From NCBI GenBank assembly GCA_964517175.1, contig CAZFBU010000012.1, positions 1 to 44,076 on the forward strand: 44,076 nt of DNA, in the 5' to 3' direction. Below the pieces are notes generated by a model. That model did not search any database. It worked only from the letters and a program-made list of their open reading frames with translations, and was not told the origin of the DNA. Position 1 is the stretch's first letter. Every line of letters begins with the position of its first letter. The position numbers and the translations under genes are program-made. Origin of the DNA: an uncultured Saprospiraceae bacterium. Lineage in GTDB: Bacteria; Bacteroidota; Bacteroidia; Chitinophagales; Saprospiraceae. Positions 30,109 to 39,224 of the stretch are shown here, in pieces.

Positions 30109-31920
30109 TTACAACTTTCCGGCCAAAACACAGGTTTCTTTCCGAACCTCGGTGCGTCCGTCCGGCGCAAACAGTTCTATCCACAGCACATACACGCCCA
30201 CTCGCGCCTTCGCGCCTTCTGCATTTGTGCCATCCCATTTGAAGCTGCCGCGTGCTGCCAGCAGTTCGTTTTCTACCAGTCTTTTCACCAGGCGTCCCTG
30301 CGCATCGAAGATGCGAAGGCTCATCGCCAGGTTGGGCTGATCGGCCTGGTATTCGATCAGCAGTACGTCCTCAAAGCCATCGCCGTCGGGTGAAAAGGTT
30401 TTATTCGGCAACTGGACAACATCATCAATCATTTGACTTCGCTCAAAGAATTGCGAATTTTGATAGCCTGGCGTCGCAAAACCAACTGCCTCGGCTGCGG
30501 ATTGCCAGCTACCGGGGCTTTGGGTTGCAGCCGTCGGGCTGATGCGCTCCAGCGACACGCCCCGGCGATCGCTCAGCAACGGAAAGTGCAATTCGTCGGA
30601 GTAATCAAACGCATCAATGACGACCGTATCCCGCAAAATGGTCACATTCCCACTGCGTTGGTCGAGTGTAGGCAGCCTGTTTTCGAGCAGCGCATCGGGG
30701 TCGGGTACGGCGTATCGACTTTGGATATCCTGCGGATCATCGGTGATGGCAGCATAAGCGCCGGGCAGCAGCAGAAATTCGGATTGAATGGGCTGCGTCG
30801 TATTGCCGGTGGTTCTGGAGGTGTTGGTGATGGTCAGTTGCCTCAGGTCGAATACCTTTCCGGAAACATTGTACAGTTCGATAAAATCCTTCCCCCCTAC
30901 TTCAGGAAAAAACAAAACTTCGTTGATAACGACATCGCCGGGTTCTATCAACTGGAGGTCAAAAAAAACAAACTCGACCGTTTGACGACCCGCTGCGTTG
31001 TCGCTCACATCTGCGATGCCATCTGCCGTGAGCGTGTGCACGATGGTGCTTGCCAGCGGATTGTCCAATTCCAGAAAAACAGTCGCTGGCGATACCAGGA
31101 TGGCGCTGCGCGGCGTGCCGATGCCATTGTCAATACGGAAGTTTTCGGGGTTTTGGGCGGTTTCGGCGTCGAGCGGTTCATCAAAAATAACCTCCACCTC
31201 TGTGGCTGACAGTGCTTCCGCCGATAGCAAAACCGGCGGATCAGCATCAACAAAAAGCGGATCAGCGAAAAAATCATCGAAGAGGAAAGCGTTGCCGCGA
31301 GTGCTGGTGTATCGGCAGTAAACGCCCAGGAATCGCCCCTGGTCGTAGGTATTGTCCGTAGCTTCGCCTTCCACAACAAACGCCTCGCCGCCACTGTAAT
31401 CCACTGCCAATTGCCACGTACCGCTCTCGGAGCGCGTCACTCTCACCCGGGCCACTACCTGTGCGCCGCCGGCACCACCGGGCATACCGCTGATGAGCAA
31501 CTCGCTTCGGTTGCCATCTTGCCGATAGAGTTCAATAGCATCGTCATTGCCGGAAATACCGCCGATTTTTACAAAATAGCCGTTGAGATCGCCGGTGAGG
31601 TCGGCTCGGGAAGCCAGGAGATAAACACTGGCGAAATTGCTGGCGGAGGGCGAAAATTCAAGGCGAACGAAAAACTCCCAGGTCGTATCGTCGTTTAAAG
31701 AAGTAGCCACCGCTGTTGCCAGATAGGAGGTATTGCTTGATGCGGGAGCCGTATCCTGCAATTGCAACATACCTTCTTCATTGACGATAAAGCGATCGGT
31801 GTTGCCAATCCAGGTGGGATTGGAACTAAAATCACCGTCCGTGAAGTTATCCGTGAACTGGCCGGGAAGAGCAGTTGCAAATCCAAAGAAAAGGCAAACG
31901 AAAAAAAACAGCGGTTTCAT
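30109..31920 (-). CDS. Lamin-tail-domain (LTD) containing secreted protein with a T9SS type B (gliding-motility-associated) C-terminal sorting domain.
   Basis: Signal MKPLFFFVCLFFGFATALPGQ. LTD motif VVINEVLFFPEVGGKDFIELYN. C-terminus FSPDGDGFEDVL...IFDAQGRLV...WDG...GVYV. The ORF was trimmed from 773 aa because its 5' extension overlaps asd. Confidence 0.75.
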   Translation of the reverse strand: MKPLFFFVCLFFGFATALPGQFTDNFTDGDFSSNPTWIGNTDRFIVNEEGMLQLQDTAPASSNTSYLATAVATSLNDDTTWEFFVRLEFSPSASNFASVYLLASRADLTGDLNGYFVKIGGISGNDDAIELYRQDGNRSELLISGMPGGAGGAQVVARVRVTRSESGTWQLAVDYSGGEAFVVEGEATDNTYDQGRFLGVYCRYTSTRGNAFLFDDFFADPLFVDADPPVLLSAEALSATEVEVIFDEPLDAETAQNPENFRIDNGIGTPRSAILVSPATVFLELDNPLASTIVHTLTADGIADVSDNAAGRQTVEFVFFDLQLIEPGDVVINEVLFFPEVGGKDFIELYNVSGKVFDLRQLTITNTSRTTGNTTQPIQSEFLLLPGAYAAITDDPQDIQSRYAVPDPDALLENRLPTLDQRSGNVTILRDTVVIDAFDYSDELHFPLLSDRRGVSLERISPTAATQSPGSWQSAAEAVGFATPGYQNSQFFERSQMIDDVVQLPNKTFSPDGDGFEDVLLIEYQADQPNLAMSLRIFDAQGRLVKRLVENELLAARGSFKWDGTNAEGAKARVGVYVLWIELFAPDGRTEVRKETCVLAGKL

Positions 31921-32044
31921 GCTGACAAAAGTAGCAATAAAGCAAGAATGCCAGTATCTTTGCGCCGATTTTTTTGACGGATTGAAGAATGGAATATTTG
32001 TCGATAGACCATTATACCGATAAATTGATAAACCGATCATAAAC

Positions 32045-33064
32045 ATGAAATTAGCAGTAGTAGGTGTCACCGGCTTGGTTGGTGGCGTAATGTTACGGGT
32101 GTTGGACGAGCACAATTTCCCGATTGACGAATTTTTGCCTGTTGCTTCCGAGCGTTCGGTGGGCAAAGAAGTGGAATTCAGAGGCAAAAAACATAAAATT
32201 ATCAGCATGGCAGAAGCGATAGCGCAGCGGCCGGACATCGCCATTTTCTCGGCGGGCGGCAGCACATCGCTGGAATGGGCGCCAAAGTTTGCCGAAGCCG
32301 GTACCACCGTCGTTGACAACTCCTCTGCCTGGCGCATGGATCCGGCCAAGAAGCTCATCGTACCGGAAATAAACGCCCATGAACTGACCGAAACAGATAA
32401 AATCATCGCCAACCCCAATTGCTCTACCATTCAAATGGTGATGGCGCTGGCGCCGCTGCATCGGGCTTATGGCATCAAACGCCTCGTCATTTCTACCTAC
32501 CAGTCGTTCACCGGCACGGGTGTAAAGGCGGTGAAACAATACAACCTGGAGAAAAAAGGCTACGAACCGGAAGCGGATGAAATGGCTTATCACTACCCGA
32601 TTTTTGAAAATGTCATCCCGCATTGCGATGTTTTTCTGGATAATGACTATACAAAAGAGGAAATGAAACTGGTGAACGAAACCCGCAAAATCCTCGGCAA
32701 CCCGAACATTCGCATCACGGCGACCGCCGTACGCGTACCCGTGGATGGCGGTCACTCCGAATCAGTGAATGCAGAACTGGATAAACCCTTCGACATTGCC
32801 GATGTGAAACAATTGCTGCGGGAGATGCCGGGCGTCGTTGTACTGGATGATCTGACCAAAAACGAATACCCCATGCCACTGCTGGCAAAGGACAAAGATG
32901 AGGTGTTCGTAGGCAGAATCCGGCGGGATGAAAGCCTTGAAAATGGGCTCAACCTGTGGGTCGTAGCGGACAATCTGCGCAAGGGTGCCGCCACCAATGC
33001 CGTACAAATTGCAGCGTATCTGCTCGCCAACCAACTGATTGGTAAATCGGCTTTATCTGCCTGA
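32045..33064 (+). CDS. asd: Aspartate-semialdehyde dehydrogenase.
   Basis: MKLAVVGVTGLVGGVM, active-site NPNCSTI, length 339 aa. Confidence 0.92.
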   Translation: MKLAVVGVTGLVGGVMLRVLDEHNFPIDEFLPVASERSVGKEVEFRGKKHKIISMAEAIAQRPDIAIFSAGGSTSLEWAPKFAEAGTTVVDNSSAWRMDPAKKLIVPEINAHELTETDKIIANPNCSTIQMVMALAPLHRAYGIKRLVISTYQSFTGTGVKAVKQYNLEKKGYEPEADEMAYHYPIFENVIPHCDVFLDNDYTKEEMKLVNETRKILGNPNIRITATAVRVPVDGGHSESVNAELDKPFDIADVKQLLREMPGVVVLDDLTKNEYPMPLLAKDKDEVFVGRIRRDESLENGLNLWVVADNLRKGAATNAVQIAAYLLANQLIGKSALSA

Positions 33065-33197
33065 TTGTTTCTATTTTAGAGAAAAAAACATCAATTTTTG
33101 GCGTTTTGTCCGCCAATTCCTTAATTTTGGAAGGTTGATGTACTATACCAGTATTGCATTTGGATTAAATTATTAACGAAAACCACGAAGAACATCT

Positions 33198-34640
33198 ATG
33201 AAACCCAGGCTCGTACTGTGGGGAAATGATGCCCAAGACGCACGTGTATTGATTGCTTTGGAACTGCAAGCGGAAGATAACAAGGTAAACATTTACACTT
33301 TTCCCGAAAATGTTGTAACCGAAGAATTCCATCAGAAAATGATGGACGAATGGAGAGACGGTAACCCCCTTGACTTCCCGGAACCACACCAGCAATCAGA
33401 GCGGGAGCTGTCGGTTAGCGCCGGCTTGCTGCCCGAAGAATACAAGGTAGAACGCGACGACGTCGTGCAGCGGGCACAAACCGAGTGGCATTTTATGGTG
33501 CTTTCCACCAAGCTCAACGACGCTTATTCATCCGAACTGGGTGAGTTGAAAGACCGAATTGAAAAGCTCGAAAAGTACGACAACAACATCTGGGATGAAT
33601 TGAAGGAGTTCTGGAGTAAAGTACAGGGGCAGGTGCGCGAGCGCAATCTGCTGCGCGAGCATTCCGACAGCCTCCGCGATGCCATCAACAACCTCTTTGC
33701 ACGCATGAAAGACCTTCGCTCCAAGCTGGATGCAGAATTCGAGCGCGTTTCGGAGCAAAATCGCAATAAGTTCATGGAAGCACTGGGCGCTATCGAGCAA
33801 AAAATTGCCGACGGCATGCGACTGGCTTCTATTTTCGATGAATTGAAGGGATTACAACGCAAGTTTCGGGATGCCAAACTGAGCCGCGATGATCGTTCCA
33901 AAGTGTGGGAACGCCTCGACGCTGCCTTCAAGACGGTGAAAGAAAAACGCTTCGGACCGGAAAGCACCGGCGACCGCTCACCGGTTGACCGCCTCCAACG
34001 TCGCTATGAAGGATTGCTGGCTGCCATTGAAAAAATGGAGCGATCCATCCAGCGCGACCGCAATGACCTGGAGTTTCAGGGTAGGAAAATAGAGCGTACC
34101 GATGGGCAACTGGAGGCGCAACTCCGCATGGCGAAAACCAAAATGATCGAAGAGCGCATCCGCTCCAAGGAAGAGAAACTGGGTGAAATGCTCAAAACAA
34201 GAGGCGAACTGGAGCAGCGCATGGAAAACGAACGCAAAAAAGAGGAGGAACGCGAAAAGCGGGAAGAAGCCAAGAAAGCCGCAGAAGAAAAGATCAAGCA
34301 GGATATGAAAGAGCGGGAGAAAGCCCTGCAGGAGGAATCGGATAAACTGGAAAAAGCCGCGGAGGCTATCGTCGGTGATAAACCAGCGCAAAAAGAAGAG
34401 GAACCGGCACCAGAGGAAGAGAAATCTTTCCGGGAAAAAGCAGAAGATGCCATCGAAGATGCCGCTGACAAGGTAAAAGCATTCGCCGAAAAAGTCGAAG
34501 ACAAAATCGAGGATGCGGTAGAAAAACTCGAAGACGCGGTAGAAGACATCATGGGAGAGGACGATGACGACGATGACGAAAAAAAAGAGCAAAAAAATAA
34601 ATCGCAGGAGGTTGACAATAAAAAAGAGGAAGAAGAATGA
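33198..34640 (+). CDS. Large coiled-coil hypothetical protein. It has a highly charged K/E/R-rich helical region and a poly-Asp/Glu C-terminal tail.
   Basis: 480 aa. Predicted long charged helices (EERIRSKEEKLGEMLKTRGELEQRMENERKKEEEREKREEAKK...). Terminal DDDDDDEKKEQKNKSQEVDNKKEEEE. No TM or signal peptide. Confidence 0.6.
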   Translation: MKPRLVLWGNDAQDARVLIALELQAEDNKVNIYTFPENVVTEEFHQKMMDEWRDGNPLDFPEPHQQSERELSVSAGLLPEEYKVERDDVVQRAQTEWHFMVLSTKLNDAYSSELGELKDRIEKLEKYDNNIWDELKEFWSKVQGQVRERNLLREHSDSLRDAINNLFARMKDLRSKLDAEFERVSEQNRNKFMEALGAIEQKIADGMRLASIFDELKGLQRKFRDAKLSRDDRSKVWERLDAAFKTVKEKRFGPESTGDRSPVDRLQRRYEGLLAAIEKMERSIQRDRNDLEFQGRKIERTDGQLEAQLRMAKTKMIEERIRSKEEKLGEMLKTRGELEQRMENERKKEEEREKREEAKKAAEEKIKQDMKEREKALQEESDKLEKAAEAIVGDKPAQKEEEPAPEEEKSFREKAEDAIEDAADKVKAFAEKVEDKIEDAVEKLEDAVEDIMGEDDDDDDEKKEQKNKSQEVDNKKEEEE

Positions 34641-34678
34641 ATTAATAAGCTGATTATCAGTAATTTAAAAACAACATA

Positions 34679-34725
34679 ACGAAGGGTTTCCGGTGATTTT
34701 CCGGAAGCCCTTTTCGTTTTTTGGC
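34679..34725 (+). terminator. Intrinsic terminator of the coiled-coil gene (gaagggtttccgg...ccggaagccctttTCGTTTTTT).
   Basis: 13-bp stem plus a T-run, 39 nt after the stop codon. Confidence 0.7.
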
Positions 34726-34954
34726 TATTTTTTTTCAAAAAAAATGGGGCAAAATTTTTTTATTTTCACTTGTTTTATTTTCACAAAAATGACTGAAAAA
34801 ACTTTTTTTAAAGGGCATTTTCAATATTAAAACTAATTTTTATTTTCACAAAGCATGTTTTTTGTCCTTGTTACTAGGCGAGAGTCGTTGCATATTTGTA
34901 TCGTGATTGATGAGGAAATAAATGAGGAGCGAGAAAAGCCGGTAAAAGCATCGG

Positions 34955-35320
34955 CACATCAAAATTGAATATGTTCATGGGATTATAATTTGTTGGTGGT
35001 AAGTCGTCCCGGATTTCTGATTCGGGACGATGCACACTTTTTCAAATTTATCCTGCAACAAAAAATAAAAAAAGAGGCGAATATTTGAATCCGCCTCTCG
35101 ACTTAGGTCATGCTCATGGGATTATGCCTGTTATTCAGGCTTGAGATTACAATTTGTTCTAACTAGGTTAAGATAGCTTTTTAAAACGTTGACACGAAGA
35201 TACACCGCTTATTTGTCATATTCAAAAAAATGGCGAATAAATTTCGCGGTAAATTAATTTTGGATATGTTCATGGGATTATAACTTTAGGAGTCGTACTA
35301 TCAGGTACGACTTTTTTTTT
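34955..35320 (+). ncRNA. Three dispersed copies of a conserved motif (TTGrATATGyTCATGGGATTATAAy, at ~34970, ~35108 and ~35266). Each is followed by a hairpin. Copies 1 and 3 end in T-runs. The hairpin stems differ in sequence but both conserve pairing (GTCGTCCCG/CGGGACGA vs GTCGTAC/GTACGAC). These are candidate small RNA units.
   Basis: Read directly from the sequence. The region is a 0.78 kb gene-free gap between convergent genes. Confidence 0.4.
35060..35100 (-). terminator. Hairpin (agaggcg...cgcctct) followed on the minus strand by TTTTTTTATTTTTTG. It is a candidate minus-strand terminator, possibly the distal terminator of lysS.
   Basis: 7-bp stem plus a long U-run on the minus strand. 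Confidence 0.4.
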
Positions 35321-35416
35321 GCCTGGAACTCCAAATTTCCACTGATTTGATCGTTTGTTTGCGCGGTTCGCAACTTCTCCCAAAGGGATGCCTTCGGCGC
35401 GATTTCCAACTTCGTA

Positions 35417-36949
35417 TTATGCCTTTCCATCCTCTTCTTCCTGCTCTGCTTTGTGCTCAGGGCGCATCTGCGGAAAGAACAACACCTCCTGAATAGAATG
35501 CTGATTGGTCAGCAGCATGGTCAGTCGGTCAATGCCGATACCCAGCCCGGAAGTTGGCGGCATGCCGTATTCAAGCGCGCGAAGGAAGTCTTCGTCCAGG
35601 GCCATGGCTTCTTCGTCGCCACGAGCGGCGAGCTGGAGTTGTTCTTCGAAGCGCTCGCGCTGGTCAATGGGGTCGTTGAGTTCGGTGTAGGCATTGGCGA
35701 TTTCTTTGCCGTTGACAAATAGCTCAAATCGTTCCACAAGCCCGTTTACACTGCGGTGTTTTTTCGCCAGAGGCGTCATTTCTATTGGATAATCCGTAAT
35801 GTATGTCGGTTGGATAAGATGGGCTTCCACCTTTTCACCGAAAATTTCATCAATCAGCTTGCCACGTCCCATCGTATTGTCAATTGGCACTTTCAACTGC
35901 TTGCAGACGTCGCGCAGCGCTGCCTCGTCCATTTCGGAAATATCGATGCCGGTATATTCCCGGATGGAGTCGTACATGGTCAGGCGGCGGTACGGTCCTT
36001 TGAAATCGATGATTTTACCTTCGTATTCAACCTTCGTATCCCCACTTACGTCTCGGGTAACGGATTCCAGGAGTTGCTCCACCATTTCCATCATCCAGTT
36101 GTAATCCTTGTATGCCACGTAAATTTCCATGGAAGTAAACTCCGGATTGTGGGTGCGGTCCATGCCTTCATTCCGAAACATTTTGCCGATTTCATACACG
36201 CCATCGTAGCCGCCTACGATCAGGCGCTTCAGGTACAATTCGTTGGCGATACGGAGGTACAGGTCCATGTCGAGCGTGTTGTGGTGCGTCTTGAAAGGGC
36301 GCGCGGCGGCCCCACCGTGAATGGGCTGCAGAATCGGCGTTTCCACCTCCAGCCAGCCCTGCGCATCGAAAAAGCGGCGCATGGAAGAAATGATGCGGCT
36401 GCGCTTCAGGAAGGTTTCTTTTACGTGCGGATTCACCACCAGGTCCACGTAGCGCATGCGATGGCGCTGCTCGGGGTCAGTGAAAGCGTCATACACTTTG
36501 CCTTCGGCATCGGTTTTTACGACGGGCAACGGGCGGAGCGACTTGCTCAGAATGGTCAGTTCTTTGACATGAACCGTGATTTCACCGGTTTTGGTACGAA
36601 ATACAAATCCTTTGATACCTATAAAGTCGCCAATATCCAGCAGCTTTTTGAAAACATGGTTGTACAATTCTGCACCGATATCGTCTCTTTGCACGTATAG
36701 TTGAATACGGCCGCTCGAATCCTGCAATTCGGCGAAAGCCGCTTTTCCCATCACGCGCGTGCTCATGAGCCTGCCCGCCAGCGTCAAATCCACAAACTGA
36801 TCGGCAGCTTCGTCTTTGAAGCGGTCTTTGATGTCTTTGGCAAAGGCATTCACCGGAAAGTGAACCGGCGGGTACGGATCGATGCCAAATTCGCGGATTT
36901 TCTGAAGATTCTCTCTACGGACGATTTCCTGTTCGCTCAGGTGCTGCAT
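35417..36949 (-). CDS. lysS: Lysine--tRNA ligase (class II).
   Basis: N-terminal OB anticodon-binding domain plus class II motifs 1-3 (...FRNEG..., ...GGAARPF..., GLGIGIDRL). The start was trimmed to MQHLSEQEI (ATG 36949). Confidence 0.92.
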   Translation of the reverse strand: MQHLSEQEIVRRENLQKIREFGIDPYPPVHFPVNAFAKDIKDRFKDEAADQFVDLTLAGRLMSTRVMGKAAFAELQDSSGRIQLYVQRDDIGAELYNHVFKKLLDIGDFIGIKGFVFRTKTGEITVHVKELTILSKSLRPLPVVKTDAEGKVYDAFTDPEQRHRMRYVDLVVNPHVKETFLKRSRIISSMRRFFDAQGWLEVETPILQPIHGGAAARPFKTHHNTLDMDLYLRIANELYLKRLIVGGYDGVYEIGKMFRNEGMDRTHNPEFTSMEIYVAYKDYNWMMEMVEQLLESVTRDVSGDTKVEYEGKIIDFKGPYRRLTMYDSIREYTGIDISEMDEAALRDVCKQLKVPIDNTMGRGKLIDEIFGEKVEAHLIQPTYITDYPIEMTPLAKKHRSVNGLVERFELFVNGKEIANAYTELNDPIDQRERFEEQLQLAARGDEEAMALDEDFLRALEYGMPPTSGLGIGIDRLTMLLTNQHSIQEVLFFPQMRPEHKAEQEEEDGKA

Positions 36950-36984
36950 ATTGTGTTTCAATATTTTGTTTTCAAAAAGATTTG

Positions 36985-36992
36985 CAAAAATA
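36985..36992 (-). promoter_or_regulatory. Bacteroidota-type -7 box (TATTTTTG, fitting TAnnTTTG) about 36 nt upstream of the lysS start.
   Basis: Motif match only. Confidence 0.3.
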
Positions 36993-37110
36993 GCGTTTCT
37001 GCGGGAAAGTTTGCAGTGCGCTCCTCCCATTTCCGGCAAATGCAGGTAAAATGTTTGCATTTCCGGAGAAAAACAGCCTGTTTTCAACAAGTCTCGCCGA
37101 AAGATGTTGG

Positions 37111-37118
37111 TACTTTTG
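37111..37118 (+). promoter_or_regulatory. Bacteroidota-type -7 box (TACTTTTG) 19 nt upstream of the deacetylase-family gene start.
   Basis: Motif match only. Confidence 0.3.
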
Positions 37119-37137
37119 CAAAAGAAAAAAAGCGATC

Positions 37138-38040
37138 ATGCTCAAGATTGCATTCCAACCTATATATAGGTATGAACTGCCCGAAGGGCATCGTTTCCCG
37201 ATGGTGAAGTACGAACTGCTGCCGGAGCAGTTGCTGTATGAAGGGACGATCACGGAAGATAACTTTTTTGCGCCGGGTATGCTCGATGAAGCAACGATTT
37301 TGCTGACGCACACGGCAGCGTACTGGGACAAGCTCAAGCACCAGAAGCTCTCGCGCAAGGAAATTCGCGCCATTGGCTTTCCGATGACGGATACACTGGT
37401 GCATCGCGGCCGCTTCATCGCCAATGGCACCATCCAGTGCGCCCGGTACGCCCAGCAGTACGGCGTAGCGATGAACATCGCCGGCGGCACGCACCATGCG
37501 TTCACGGACAGAGGCGAGGGTTTTTGTGTGTTTAATGACATCGCAATTGCTGCAAATTATCTGCTCCGGGAAGGCTTGGTAAAAAAAGTGCTGGTTGTTG
37601 ATCTCGATGTGCATCAAGGCAACGGCACGGCACAAATTTTTCGGGAAGAGGCACGGGTATTCACCTTTAGTATGCACGGTGCGAAAAACTACCCGGTGCG
37701 CAAAGAGCAGAGCGATCTGGACATTGGCTTGCCCGACAAAACCGAAGATGAAGCTTATCTGAAAATTCTACGCAATACGCTGCCGGCTCTGATCGACTCA
37801 GTAGAGCCGGACCTGATCTTTTACCTCTCCGGGGTGGATATTCTGGCAACGGACAAACTCGGTCGCCTGAGCGTAAGCATCCAGGGCTGCAAAGAGCGGG
37901 ACCGCATCGTGCTGGAACATTGCAAGAAGAACAATATACCGGTGGCAGTGAGCATGGGCGGCGGCTATTCCGAGCGCATTGCCGACATCATCGAAGCGCA
38001 CGCCAACACCTATCGGGTGGCGCAGGAAATTTTCTTTTAA
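37138..38040 (+). CDS. Histone deacetylase / acetoin utilization AcuC / acetylpolyamine amidohydrolase family protein.
   Basis: Arginase-fold deacetylase motifs (GFCVFNDIAIA; D..VHQGNGT; SMGGGY). The start was set at ATG 37138. Confidence 0.8.
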   Translation: MLKIAFQPIYRYELPEGHRFPMVKYELLPEQLLYEGTITEDNFFAPGMLDEATILLTHTAAYWDKLKHQKLSRKEIRAIGFPMTDTLVHRGRFIANGTIQCARYAQQYGVAMNIAGGTHHAFTDRGEGFCVFNDIAIAANYLLREGLVKKVLVVDLDVHQGNGTAQIFREEARVFTFSMHGAKNYPVRKEQSDLDIGLPDKTEDEAYLKILRNTLPALIDSVEPDLIFYLSGVDILATDKLGRLSVSIQGCKERDRIVLEHCKKNNIPVAVSMGGGYSERIADIIEAHANTYRVAQEIFF

Positions 38041-38291
38041 AAAACTTGTCGCATAGATTGATATTTATCAACAAAAAGAGTGACAAAAGTCATATTCCAA
38101 AAGAAGTAGATACATGTAACTTCCGCCGGTAAATAAACAAAAAACGAAAACCATGTATCTAGTCAATTGGCTGCAATCCAATTTGCTCATGCTTTTACCG
38201 TGCTGGTGCTATTTGGTATTCCGTTAATCATCGCCATTATTGTGTTTACCAAAAAACCAAACTCCGGTGCCGATGAAGGTGGCCAGGAGGC

Positions 38292-39056
38292 TTAATCCGA
38301 TGCCGGATTCCGGCAAGTCTGCAAAACCTGTTTGGCACCCGACAAAAGCATAGCGCTATCCAGTCCAACGGCAACGAAGCTGCAGCCTTCGGCGATTTCC
38401 TGTTGCACCGCATCGGCATGCATGGTAAAAATACCGACGGGTATGCCGTTTGCCCGGCATTTTTGTTTGACGATGGCAATTTGCTCCTGCACCAGTGGGC
38501 TATGCACTTCGCCAAGCAGATGCATACTGCCGGAAAGGTCATACGGACCGATCAGCACACCGCTGATGCCGGGCACTTGTAAAATTTCGTCAAGGTTATG
38601 CACCGCTTCGATATCTTCGATCTGGATGATAATCGCCGTCTCTGCATTTGCATTTTTCATGTAATCATCGAATGCCAAACCATACCCGTGCGCCCGCCCG
38701 ATGCCCGCACCTCGCTTGCCCCGGGGCGGATAGAGCGCGTACTGCACCACCTGTCGGGCGGACTCCTTCGTATTCACTCGTGGAACAATAATACCATCCA
38801 CCCCAATATCCAGTACTTTTTGAATCCACAGCGGATTATTTTCCGGAATGCGAACCAGCTTTGCGCAACGATCACCGATGGCTTGGCTCATCCGCAGGAT
38901 AGATGGAAGCGACAAATTGCCATGCTCCATATCCAGAAACAGCCAGTCGAAACCGCACCTGCTCAGCATTTCCACAACTTCCGTTGAATCCATCGTAATC
39001 AATGTGCCAATGGGGCATGCGCCAGTCTGAATTTGCGCAAGAAATCTATTGTTCAT
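38292..39056 (-). CDS. HpcH/HpaI family 2-keto-3-deoxy-acid aldolase.
   Basis: TIM-barrel aldolase pattern (ITMDSTEVVEML...FDWLFLDMEHG...; IIQIEDIEAV..LDEIL.V.G...IGPYDLS). Trimmed to MNNRFLAQ. Confidence 0.78.
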   Translation of the reverse strand: MNNRFLAQIQTGACPIGTLITMDSTEVVEMLSRCGFDWLFLDMEHGNLSLPSILRMSQAIGDRCAKLVRIPENNPLWIQKVLDIGVDGIIVPRVNTKESARQVVQYALYPPRGKRGAGIGRAHGYGLAFDDYMKNANAETAIIIQIEDIEAVHNLDEILQVPGISGVLIGPYDLSGSMHLLGEVHSPLVQEQIAIVKQKCRANGIPVGIFTMHADAVQQEIAEGCSFVAVGLDSAMLLSGAKQVLQTCRNPASD

Positions 39057-39224
39057 GTAATCAAATATTGTCCTGATGAGCAAAGAATTATGATGAAAAT
39101 CATCCGGATAAGTGATGAACATCACACAAAATGATCGTAATATAATTTTCCTTTGTAATGTACACCCAAAATATCGTTTTGAAACATCCAACGTTTAATT
39201 ATTTCCTTTGAAAAAATCATCATT

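Noticed and set aside
30109-32430. Full 773-aa minus-strand ORF as given in the track.
   Set aside because: Its first 170 codons overlap asd on the other strand and precede an obvious signal peptide. It was trimmed to start at ATG 31920.
33978-34738. 204-aa and 220-aa minus-strand ORFs (Phe/Leu-rich and Ser-rich).
   Set aside because: They are antisense to the K/E-rich coiled-coil gene. They are low-complexity mirror translations of GAA/AAG-rich codons.
34975-35283. Mini-ORFs ATGTTCATGGGATTATAA (MFMGL*) inside the repeated motif.
   Set aside because: Five codons is too short to call a gene. It is retained only as an alternative explanation within the sRNA finding.
35756-36700. 314-aa + ORF.
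   Set aside because: It is antisense within lysS.
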